From a virus (taxonomy: Duplodnaviria; Caudoviricetes), in IMG/VR virus record IMGVR_UViG_3300028025_000966, positions 1-35,264 of that record: DNA of 35,264 nucleotides; one strand, written 5' to 3'. The position numbers and the translations under genes are program-made. The notes below the pieces were generated by a model. The model saw only the letters and a list, made by a program, of their open reading frames with translations. It was not told the origin of the DNA and did no database searches. This document shows positions 16,355 through 24,127 of the stretch, one piece after another (within the stretch, counting starts at the first letter, position 1; every line of letters begins with the position of its first letter).

Positions 16355-16540
16355 ATGATTTCATGTAATGAATGGATTAAACGCATGAAGGCTGCTGGAT
16401 TTACAGGTAAGTTTCGTGCAACAGATGGCACTAGGGTTATAACTGGTGAAATAAAGCAAGACAAAATAGAAACGGTGAAAGTGGCTACATCTCAAGAGTC
16501 ACGCAGAAAGATAAAGGATTTATTTAAAGATGGAAATTAA
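16355..16540 (+). CDS. Hypothetical protein
   Basis: 61 aa basic ORF within operon. Confidence 0.6.
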   Translation: MISCNEWIKRMKAAGFTGKFRATDGTRVITGEIKQDKIETVKVATSQESRRKIKDLFKDGN

Positions 16541-16898
16541 GAACTTTAATATCAGCAGCAGTAATTTGCCTTACTTGTTTGAAAAGATTAAGGTATTAGA
16601 TTTATCACAGGGTTATATCGCTAACGTAACGATCAAGTCACACACACGTAACTTAGATCAAAATGCTAGACTATGGAAACTGTATGGTGCGCTTGGCGAG
16701 TATATTGGCGAGTCACCAGATAAGGTGCATGAACTTATGGGCTGGAAGTTTTTACGCAGTCAGAGTGTAGTAAATGGAGAAACAATTGAAGCTATAAAGA
16801 GTACAACTAAACTCTCTACGGCAGAGATGGCTGATTACCAACGGCATATAGAACTTTGGTCAGGTAGTATTGGATTTGTATTTAATGACGAAAAATGA
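16530..16898 (+). CDS. NinB/Orf-like recombination protein
   Basis: RNLDQNARLW, STTKLSTAEMADY..IELW. Confidence 0.8.
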   Translation: MEIKNFNISSSNLPYLFEKIKVLDLSQGYIANVTIKSHTRNLDQNARLWKLYGALGEYIGESPDKVHELMGWKFLRSQSVVNGETIEAIKSTTKLSTAEMADYQRHIELWSGSIGFVFNDEK

Positions 16899-17145
16899 AA
16901 AAAAATATCTTAATAGGGTTGCTGCTCTTGGCTGTATTATCTGTGGTGCGGAAGCGGAAATTCACCATCTCAGAACTGGTATGGGACTTGGTATGCGTAA
17001 TGACTACAAGAACGCTATACCACTATGTCCACCGCATCATAGGACGGGTGGGTATAAGGTAGCATATCACGCAGGTAGATTAGCATTTGAGTCCCAATTT
17101 GGGACAGAAATAGAATTATTAGAGAAAGTGAGAAGTTTATTATGA
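16885..17145 (+). CDS. Ref/DUF968-like HNH-type nuclease
   Basis: VAALGCIICG..AEIHH..G.G.R..IPLCPPHHR..H..FESQFGTEIELL. Confidence 0.85.
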   Translation: MTKNEKKYLNRVAALGCIICGAEAEIHHLRTGMGLGMRNDYKNAIPLCPPHHRTGGYKVAYHAGRLAFESQFGTEIELLEKVRSLL

Positions 17146-17744
17146 TAGTTTTTCGTAAAAAAGTAGATGCATGGGTAGTAACAGCTAGGGATTCGGAATG
17201 CCAGATCATTCACATTGGTGACTACAAAACACAAGAAGAAGCCAAGGCAGCAGAGCAAGCATTTAGAGATAAAAAACTAGCAGACTCATACGCACAACAA
17301 GAAGCAAAGCTAGACAGGATGGCAAAAGAGATGATTGCTAGATATAACGTCTACCTAGAGTTTTGCGTACTACCTAAGACTTTAACAGACATAAAGCAAC
17401 AAATAGATGATGACAAGAATACTGCATCTAATACGATTAAGAGCTTAATGGCTAGAGGATTTATGAAAAGCATTGTTGTTAACGATACCGGCACACGTAA
17501 GTACTACAGCTTTGTCACTACCAAGCTAATGAGCTACGATGATGCATTAGAGTATGTGTCACCTAAGAAATACAAAACTAAGGTTAGCGAAAACACACCA
17601 ACAATCGCTGGTGCTAGAGTAATTAATTTTGATGACAGAAAATTAAGCAATCTATATATGACTCAACGTGCAATAGATCGGGCTAACATGAAATCACCTA
17701 AGAACTATACAAGTGGCGCAACAATGTCAGGGAGTGACTGGTAA
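17142..17744 (+). CDS. Putative DNA-binding protein (AP2-like N-terminus plus winged-helix-like region)
   Basis: HIGDYKTQEEAKAAE; PKTLTDIKQQI..TASNTIKSLMARGFM. Confidence 0.5.
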   Translation: MIVFRKKVDAWVVTARDSECQIIHIGDYKTQEEAKAAEQAFRDKKLADSYAQQEAKLDRMAKEMIARYNVYLEFCVLPKTLTDIKQQIDDDKNTASNTIKSLMARGFMKSIVVNDTGTRKYYSFVTTKLMSYDDALEYVSPKKYKTKVSENTPTIAGARVINFDDRKLSNLYMTQRAIDRANMKSPKNYTSGATMSGSDW

Positions 17745-18001
17745 TGAAATTGTCTTCAGGACGTGTAATAAAAGTTTCTAGCGATGGGTCAAGCGCAAGT
17801 TACTACGAGTTACCTAAAGATGCTAGTGAGTTGCAAGACTTGATTAGCGCAAAGAATATGAACGCACAGATCGGTGAGATATTTCGTGAGTGCTACCGTT
17901 ATGGTCAGGCTTCACATTGTGACGAGATAAGGGGAATTAAAAAGATACTGTTCTATGCTAATGCTGAACTTAAAAGATTAGCCAGCCAAGAACAGTCTTG
18001 A
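17744..18001 (+). CDS. DUF3310-like small protein
   Basis: SDGSSASYY, GEIFRECYRYG, IKKILFYANAEL. Confidence 0.5.
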   Translation: MKLSSGRVIKVSSDGSSASYYELPKDASELQDLISAKNMNAQIGEIFRECYRYGQASHCDEIRGIKKILFYANAELKRLASQEQS

Positions 18002-18008
18002 CCGGCTA
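17972..18008 (-). terminator. Intrinsic terminator downstream of pqqA
   Basis: Minus strand TAGCCGGTCAAGA-CTGT-TCTTGGCTGGCTA (13 bp with two G-U pairs valid only on the minus strand) followed by ATCTTTT. Confidence 0.7.
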
Positions 18009-18028
18009 TGTTTAAACAAATGTTTAGA

Positions 18029-18100
18029 CTATTTGTTCATTACGTACATAGTAACTTCAAAGCCAAAACGCATTTCAGTAGCTGCTGGTGATGTCCACAT
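18029..18100 (-). CDS. pqqA: Coenzyme PQQ precursor peptide PqqA (23 aa)
   Basis: MWTSPAATEMRFGFEVTMYVMNK*: canonical MWxxP...R.GFEVTMY with the E-x3-Y core; AGGAG RBS just upstream of ATG. Confidence 0.96.
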   Translation of the reverse strand: MWTSPAATEMRFGFEVTMYVMNK

Positions 18101-18203
18101 GATAAATCTCCTGTTGATTAAGTGTACACATTAGCGTGTACGTGTTTACATTCTGCTCTTTTTTAGACACGTTACCATAGTTAAAACCATTAAAAGTGAT
18201 ATA

Positions 18204-18232
18204 TTGACCACGATTGATTAGTATGGTAAAGT
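18204..18232 (+). promoter_or_regulatory. Late operon promoter
   Basis: TTGACC-17-TAAAGT with extended -10 TG; upstream of all structural genes. Confidence 0.7.
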
Positions 18233-18247
18233 CACGTAACGATTTAT

Positions 18248-18367
18248 AGTAGTGCGAGTCTGCATTACTCTTTTATTCCAGCGACTGTACATCGCTAGAA
18301 AGTAACCATTGCCCCTCAGACGTGATAGGGTAGACTCCGAGGTAGTCTAGTTGCGAGAACCTCCTAC
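18248..18367 (+). ncRNA. Structured late leader (four hairpins, possible pseudoknot)
   Basis: Stems 18248-55/18262-69, 18276-84/18292-300, 18312-18/18323-30, 18331-36/18344-49; loop GAGGT is complementary to ACCTC 18359-63. Confidence 0.5.
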
Positions 18368-18384
18368 TTTTTAAGGGAATAACT

Positions 18385-18759
18385 ATGGCAAGAGGTTTGT
18401 TAGACACAAAAACTACTATTGGCACAGCCAAAGAGATTGCTGACAACACCAAGAATGCCATTGATAACTATTCTCTAGGAGCAATGAACCCAAGTTTGCC
18501 TAATACCGAGTACTGGGCAAAGATGGCTAAGATGTTCCGAATCACACCAGCAGAAGCCAAACGTCAACGATGCGGTAACTGCGAATACTACGACAACACT
18601 CCCGAAATGTTTGAGGCTATGGAAGCCATCCCACTAAACAAGTACGACCTGTATGATGGTCAAGCTCAACGTGGATGGTGTCATAAGCTAGATTTGATTT
18701 GCCATAACTCACGCCTATGCTCTGTATGGGAACGTAAAGACTTTGAAACCGAGGATTAA
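18385..18759 (+). CDS. Cys-rich metal-binding protein
   Basis: RCGNCEYY...GWCHKLDLICHNSRLCSVWE. Confidence 0.7.
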   Translation: MARGLLDTKTTIGTAKEIADNTKNAIDNYSLGAMNPSLPNTEYWAKMAKMFRITPAEAKRQRCGNCEYYDNTPEMFEAMEAIPLNKYDLYDGQAQRGWCHKLDLICHNSRLCSVWERKDFETED

Positions 18760-18761
18760 TT

Positions 18762-18917
18762 ATGCGATTAGATAAAGCAGCCGAGAAGATTGGCAAAGTA
18801 ATGGGTGAGTATAAAGATAAAGACCTTCATTCTGGTAAAGGTGGCAAGGTCGTTAAGTCACGTAAACAAGCAATCGCCATCGCACTCAGCGAAGCGAATA
18901 AAATGAAAGGTAAATAA
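18762..18917 (+). CDS. DUF6496-like small basic protein (51 aa, not in ORF track)
   Basis: KIGKVMGEYKDKDLHSGKGGKVVKSRKQAIAIALSEA; GAGGA RBS. Confidence 0.8.
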   Translation: MRLDKAAEKIGKVMGEYKDKDLHSGKGGKVVKSRKQAIAIALSEANKMKGK

Positions 18918-18918
18918 T

Positions 18919-19236
18919 ATGAGTATAGTCGCACAAGATGATAATGGTAATTTAGTTGAGGCATATACACCTGCTGTATCACAAGTATTTGCTGCCGGCA
19001 ACACTTCAGCACAATCAGCAGCATTTGCTACTGGCACTACTTTAGTTCGTGTAGCAGCATCATTAGGTCATTGCCATGTGGCATTTGGCGCTAATCCAAC
19101 GGCTTCTATTACTACAAGCGTAATGATTCCAAACAATAGCGTAGAGTTCTTTAAGGTTACTGCCGGCAATAAGATGGCTTACATAAAAGATGCAGCGACT
19201 ACAGCATCAACTGTATGCGTAACTGAATTGGCATAA
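18919..19236 (+). CDS. Small beta-rich putative virion protein
   Basis: 105 aa A/T/V-rich; VAFGANPTA motif; AAAGG RBS. Confidence 0.65.
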   Translation: MSIVAQDDNGNLVEAYTPAVSQVFAAGNTSAQSAAFATGTTLVRVAASLGHCHVAFGANPTASITTSVMIPNNSVEFFKVTAGNKMAYIKDAATTASTVCVTELA

Positions 19237-19496
19237 TGGCTAAAGATCCACGATTAGATAGAGCTGGTGTTACTGGCTTTAACAAACCAAAGGCAACTCC
19301 ATACCATCCAACCAAGTCACACGTAGTAGTAGCAAAAGATGGTGACGAGATTAAAACTATTCGCTTTGGTCAACAAGGTGTAAAAGGTAGTCCAGATAAC
19401 AGCAAGCGTAACGAAGCATTTAAAGCACGTCATGCTGAGAACATTGCCAAAGGTAAGATGTCTGCTGCTTACTGGGCTAATAAGGTCAAATGGTAG
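19236..19496 (+). CDS. Conserved basic phage protein
   Basis: KSHVVVAK..IRFGQQG..FKARH..SAAYWANKVKW. Confidence 0.75.
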   Translation: MAKDPRLDRAGVTGFNKPKATPYHPTKSHVVVAKDGDEIKTIRFGQQGVKGSPDNSKRNEAFKARHAENIAKGKMSAAYWANKVKW

Positions 19497-19577
19497 ATGA
19501 ACGACCATTGGTTTATTATTCTGTTAGCTGTAATCGCTAACATTACACTCGTTATAAACGCAATACATCATTGGTAA
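19497..19577 (+). CDS. Hydrophobic micropeptide (26 aa)
   Basis: MNDHWFIILLAVIANITLVINAIHHW; exactly fills the gap between neighbours. Confidence 0.45.
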   Translation: MNDHWFIILLAVIANITLVINAIHHW

Positions 19578-19580
19578 CAT

Positions 19581-20087
19581 ATGGCTGGACTACTAGACAA
19601 CAATATATTTAGCAATATGTCAGCTTGGGATAAGACCAAGACATTGGCATCCGGTTACGGTGGTGCGCTATTGCAGTCTGTACTACATCCTATTGAGCAT
19701 TGGAATCATAGTGGCTATCCTAGCGAACTAAGTGATTCATTAGTACAAAAGAATCCAGAAGTGGGTTTTCAACGATATGATAGGACACCATTAGATGCTG
19801 CAATTAATTACGGTGGTGCTTATCAGTACGCAACTTCTCCTACGGTATCGTATGATGATGCTGCTAACCGAGCAAAGGCATACCAGCTTACCGGTTACTT
19901 AGTAGACGGAATGCTAGGCAACAAAGACCGCCAAGTAGATGCAGTACGAGATTACGAAGAAAACCTAGCCGGCATCAAGCAAGCTATAGCGGATAAGAAA
20001 GTAAACGCAGTAATGAACGAAGACAAGATTCGCCAGATGTCAGCCAAATACGGTAAACAGAAAGCAACAGTAAGACCGCAATACTAA
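19581..20087 (+). CDS. Hypothetical protein (MAGLLD start)
   Basis: 168 aa ORF in late operon. Confidence 0.65.
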   Translation: MAGLLDNNIFSNMSAWDKTKTLASGYGGALLQSVLHPIEHWNHSGYPSELSDSLVQKNPEVGFQRYDRTPLDAAINYGGAYQYATSPTVSYDDAANRAKAYQLTGYLVDGMLGNKDRQVDAVRDYEENLAGIKQAIADKKVNAVMNEDKIRQMSAKYGKQKATVRPQY

Positions 20088-20100
20088 TTTTAACCACAGG

Positions 20101-20123
20101 GTGACCAACCTACTAGGAGTCAC
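20101..20123 (+). promoter_or_regulatory. RBS-sequestering hairpin of terminase small subunit
   Basis: GTGAC-CAA-CCT-ACT-AGG-A-GTCAC buries AGGAG just upstream of ATG 20130. Confidence 0.55.
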
Positions 20124-20129
20124 AACAAA

Positions 20130-20447
20130 ATGACAGAAGAAAAAGCAGCACAATTAGCAGCAGCCAGAGAGAAGGCAGCAGAGGCTAATCAAGGTAACAC
20201 TCATTCAAGTAAAATCAATAGATTAATGAATGAAACTCTGAAACGTATATTAATTCAGAATGAAGGATTAAGAGCAAGGACTATTAGCGAGGCTCTAGTG
20301 GCTAAAGCAGAGGATGGTGACGTATCTGCTATCAAAGAAGTCTTTGACAGAATAGATGGCAAGGTAGTCCAAGAGAACAAAATAAGTGGTGATGCTGATG
20401 CACCATTGTTGATACAAGTGGTAACGGGTATAGATGACAGCTACTAA
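20130..20447 (+). CDS. terS: Terminase small subunit
   Basis: KAEDGDVSAIKEVFDRIDGK..ISGDADAPL; overlaps TerL. Confidence 0.75.
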   Translation: MTEEKAAQLAAAREKAAEANQGNTHSSKINRLMNETLKRILIQNEGLRARTISEALVAKAEDGDVSAIKEVFDRIDGKVVQENKISGDADAPLLIQVVTGIDDSY

Positions 20448-21702
20448 CCCAATTGACTTAGGCTACAAGCCTCGGTTACCACAGAAAGAGATACACAAGG
20501 CAGTAAGAGAGAATCGTTTTGTTGTAGCTGTAGCGCATCGTAGGATGGGTAAAACTGTATCTGCGATTGTACAATTGATTCATTCTGCATTACAGAACGG
20601 ACAAAAGAATCCAAGGTACGCTTACATAGCACCTACTTACTCACAGGCTAAAAGGGTCGCATGGGATTACCTAACAGAATACACTCGCTCACTTGGTGGT
20701 ACTGCAAACATCGCAGAGCTAAGAGTGGACTTCCTAGGCAGAAGGATAAGCCTATACGGTAGTGAGAATGGTGACAGCTTACGTGGTCAATACTTTGATG
20801 GTGTAGTCCTAGACGAGATAGGTGACCAAGACCCAAAGATTTGGAATGAGATTATAAGACCGGCACTAGCAGACAGAAAAGGATTCTGTTTGTTTATTGG
20901 TACTCCAAAGGGTAACAACCACTTTAGAGAGTTTAAAGAACGTGCAATGGTTACAGAAGGTTGGAAGTTCTTAGAGTTTAAGGCTAGTGATACTGGCATA
21001 CTAGACCCACAAGAGTTGGCTAGTGCTAAGAACGAGATGGGCGAGGACAAGTACAAGCAAGAGTTTGAATGTAGCTTTGATGCGCCAGTAGAAGGTTCTT
21101 ACTATGGGTCACTACTAAATGCAGCCGATAACGAGAATAGAGTTACTAAGATTCCTAAAGACGAACTGGCAAAGATTGTTTGTAGCTGGGATTTGGGTGT
21201 CAGCGACTCTACGTGTATTTGGGTAGCGCAGATAGTAGGTAAAGAGATACAGCTAATAGATTGCACAGAGAACCACGGTGTCGGATTAGATTACTATGTT
21301 AGTTGGTTACGTGATAATGGTTATGACAAGGGTCAGCAGATTCTTCCGCACGATGTAAGAGTCAGAGAGATGACCACAGGGCGCAGCCGGTTAGAAGTCT
21401 TAATGGAAGCTGGACTAGATGTTACTGTAGCACCAAGCCTATCTATAGCAGATGGCATTCAAGCAGTCAGACGTATGCTGCCAAGATGCTGGTTTGACAT
21501 GGAACGCACAAAGAATGGTCTGGTAGCATTGCGTAACTATAGACGTGAGTTTAACGAGAAGCAGAACGTATTTTACGATAAGCCAGTTCACGACTGGTCA
21601 TCACACTTTGCAGATAGCTTTCGTTACATGGCAATAGGATTAGTAGAAGTAGATACAACATGGTCTAAACCATTACAACAAAATAAGGCATGGGTCGTAT
21701 AA
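20434..21702 (+). CDS. terL: Terminase large subunit
   Basis: Walker A HRRMGKT, IAPTYSQAK, Walker B VVLDE, IGTPKG, WDLG, HDWSSHFADSFRY. Confidence 0.97.
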   Translation: MTATNPIDLGYKPRLPQKEIHKAVRENRFVVAVAHRRMGKTVSAIVQLIHSALQNGQKNPRYAYIAPTYSQAKRVAWDYLTEYTRSLGGTANIAELRVDFLGRRISLYGSENGDSLRGQYFDGVVLDEIGDQDPKIWNEIIRPALADRKGFCLFIGTPKGNNHFREFKERAMVTEGWKFLEFKASDTGILDPQELASAKNEMGEDKYKQEFECSFDAPVEGSYYGSLLNAADNENRVTKIPKDELAKIVCSWDLGVSDSTCIWVAQIVGKEIQLIDCTENHGVGLDYYVSWLRDNGYDKGQQILPHDVRVREMTTGRSRLEVLMEAGLDVTVAPSLSIADGIQAVRRMLPRCWFDMERTKNGLVALRNYRREFNEKQNVFYDKPVHDWSSHFADSFRYMAIGLVEVDTTWSKPLQQNKAWVV

Positions 21703-23852
21703 TGATGAATCAAGAAGAATTAAAGGCACTATGTGCTGACGAAATCAATAACGCTATTGGCTACTTAGAGTCCGATACTGTTCAAGAACGTGCTGATGCC
21801 ATGAACTACTACTTCCGTGACAAATACGGAACTGAGGTAGAAGGTCGCAGCCAAGTAGTTACCGGTGAAGTAGCTGAAGCCGTAGATGGTGCATTGCCAC
21901 AATTAATTCGTGTATTTACTTCATGCGAGGATGCAGTCCGCTTTGAGCCAACTAAAGATGGTGAAGAAGAACTCGCTGACCAAGCTAGTGACATGGCTAA
22001 CTGGGTGTTCTATAAAGACAACGATGGCTTCCTAATCCTGCACAATTGGTTCAAGGATGCATTGCTACAGAAGGTCGGTGTAGTTAAAGCCTACTGGGAA
22101 GAGAAGAAAGACACCATCAAAGAGAAGTACAAAGGGCTGACCGATGACGAGTTAGCCATGATTATGCAGACTGGCGAGTGGGAAATCACCAAGCAAGTGA
22201 CTGACATTGTTATTGGCATTGATGGTTTACCTTACAACACACATAACGTAACGATTGAGCGCATCCAAGATGACAGCCGTATCGCTGTTGAGAATGTACC
22301 ACCAGAAGAGTTCCTAATTAGCAAACGTGCTAAGACCATTCAAGACTCACCATTCACAGCTCACCGTAGAATGATTGCTCGTGGTGACTTGATTGCTATG
22401 GGTTACGAGAAGTCTATTGTTGATACTATCCCAGCCGGTGACCGTTTAGAGTATTCACCAGAGCGTTTAGCACGTTTTGGTCGTGACGAGATGCCAGACT
22501 ACGGACAATCTACTGACCTATCAATGGAAGAGGTAGAGATATTTGAGTGCTACATCAAGGTAGACACAAATGACAATGGCTTGCTAGAGTTACGCAGGGT
22601 TATCATTGGTGGTGAGCAAATCCTATCTAACGAAGAATGCGACTACGTACCATTCCACTCTGTATGCCCGATTCCTATCCCACATAAATTCTTTGGTCAG
22701 TCACTAGCAGACAGGACAATGGACTTGCAACTAACCAAGTCTACTATCTTGCGTCAGATGCTAGACAACTTGTACCTAACAAACAATGCACGAGTAACTG
22801 CCGTAGAAGGTCAAGTAAACTTAGATGACTTATTAACGTCTACTGCCGGTGGTGTTGTTCGTGTTAAGAATAACGCAGCAGTAACGCAGCTAAACGTACA
22901 GAACACAGCCGGTCAATCATTCCCAATGATGGAATACTTGGATGGTGTACAGGCTAAACGTACCGGTGTTAGCGACCTACAGCAAGGTCTTGATGCTAAC
23001 GTGCTTCAGAACACTACAGCAACAGCCGTGGCAGCCATGATGCAACAGTCAGCAGGTAAGCTAGAGTTAATGGCTCGTATCTTTGCTGAAACAGGTGTTA
23101 AATCACTATTCCGTGGCATCTTGCACCTACTATGCAAATACCAAAATCAAGCCAAAACAATCCGTATGCGTGGCAAATGGGTATCTTATGACCCACGTGA
23201 ATGGTCTAACCTATACGATGTAAGCATCAACGTAGGCTTGGGCAACGGTAACCGCCAAGAACAGATTGCTATGCTGCAAATGATTATGGCTAAACAGGAA
23301 GAAATCATCGGCAAGTACGGTGCTAATAACCCATTGGTAACTGTAACGCAATATCGCAGCACTCTTGGTCGCATGATTGAGATGGCTGGCTTTAAAGACA
23401 CAACTTCATTCATTAATGAGATTACACCAGAGGTTGAGCAACAAATAATGCAGCAAGCAAGTCAAGCTCCTGCTGACCCTAACTCAGAGGCAGCACAGTT
23501 ATATGCTAGGGTAGAAGAGCAGAAGGCTCAATTGTCTGCACAAACTAACCAAGCTAAGTTACAGCTAGACCGTGAGCAAATGCAAGTAGAGAATGCTCGT
23601 AAAGAACTAGAGTTCCAACAAAAACAAATGCAACTTGAAGGCGAGTACCGCATTAAGGAAGCTGAATTGCAATTGAAACAGATGGAACTAGAGATGAAGT
23701 CACAGGCAACTGATGGCAAACTACAGACAGAGCAGCTTAACGCTATTATGTCAGCCATTACTAGCTTGAATGAAATGGTAAAAGGTGGTATAAAGGCTGA
23801 ACCACAAGATGATGTGGAAGACTTTGATATTAACACAACCTATGGTGTATAA
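21702..23852 (+). CDS. Portal protein (P22-like, with C-terminal coiled-coil barrel)
   Basis: About 716 aa after TerL; FKDALLQKVGVVK, VPPEEF, PIPHKFFGQSLAD; Q/E-rich tail. Confidence 0.93.
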   Translation: MMNQEELKALCADEINNAIGYLESDTVQERADAMNYYFRDKYGTEVEGRSQVVTGEVAEAVDGALPQLIRVFTSCEDAVRFEPTKDGEEELADQASDMANWVFYKDNDGFLILHNWFKDALLQKVGVVKAYWEEKKDTIKEKYKGLTDDELAMIMQTGEWEITKQVTDIVIGIDGLPYNTHNVTIERIQDDSRIAVENVPPEEFLISKRAKTIQDSPFTAHRRMIARGDLIAMGYEKSIVDTIPAGDRLEYSPERLARFGRDEMPDYGQSTDLSMEEVEIFECYIKVDTNDNGLLELRRVIIGGEQILSNEECDYVPFHSVCPIPIPHKFFGQSLADRTMDLQLTKSTILRQMLDNLYLTNNARVTAVEGQVNLDDLLTSTAGGVVRVKNNAAVTQLNVQNTAGQSFPMMEYLDGVQAKRTGVSDLQQGLDANVLQNTTATAVAAMMQQSAGKLELMARIFAETGVKSLFRGILHLLCKYQNQAKTIRMRGKWVSYDPREWSNLYDVSINVGLGNGNRQEQIAMLQMIMAKQEEIIGKYGANNPLVTVTQYRSTLGRMIEMAGFKDTTSFINEITPEVEQQIMQQASQAPADPNSEAAQLYARVEEQKAQLSAQTNQAKLQLDREQMQVENARKELEFQQKQMQLEGEYRIKEAELQLKQMELEMKSQATDGKLQTEQLNAIMSAITSLNEMVKGGIKAEPQDDVEDFDINTTYGV

Positions 23853-24083
23853 ATGACCAAATCAGAGTGGGCTAACAATATGCTCCAAGACCAAAACTTC
23901 TTGGGTGTATTTAAAGAGCTAGAAGAATTACAGATGCAACGATGGTCTAACTCACCGCTTTATGATTACGATGAGCGACAAGATGCTTACACAAAGCTAA
24001 CAGCCATACGTGAAGTAATGGCTCATATCGTTGGCATGGCAGATGACCGCAAGATTAATGCAAGTCGCTGGAAGATTTTATAG
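23853..24083 (+). CDS. Small conserved protein between portal and scaffold
   Basis: 76 aa helical ORF in a typical syntenic position. Confidence 0.7.
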   Translation: MTKSEWANNMLQDQNFLGVFKELEELQMQRWSNSPLYDYDERQDAYTKLTAIREVMAHIVGMADDRKINASRWKIL

Positions 24084-24127
24084 TATCTATAAAACGTGGC
24101 TAGGCGCACTAGCATATGGAGATTCAA

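Noticed and set aside
18175-18195. LysR-type box upstream of pqqA (TTAA-N5-TTAA)
   Set aside because: Short AT-rich palindrome expected by chance; no supporting evidence, and the pqqA promoter itself could not be placed confidently.
18273-18461. Minus-strand 62-aa ORF as a second pqq gene
   Set aside because: No similarity to PqqB-E that I can see; overlaps the late leader and gene 18385 antisense.
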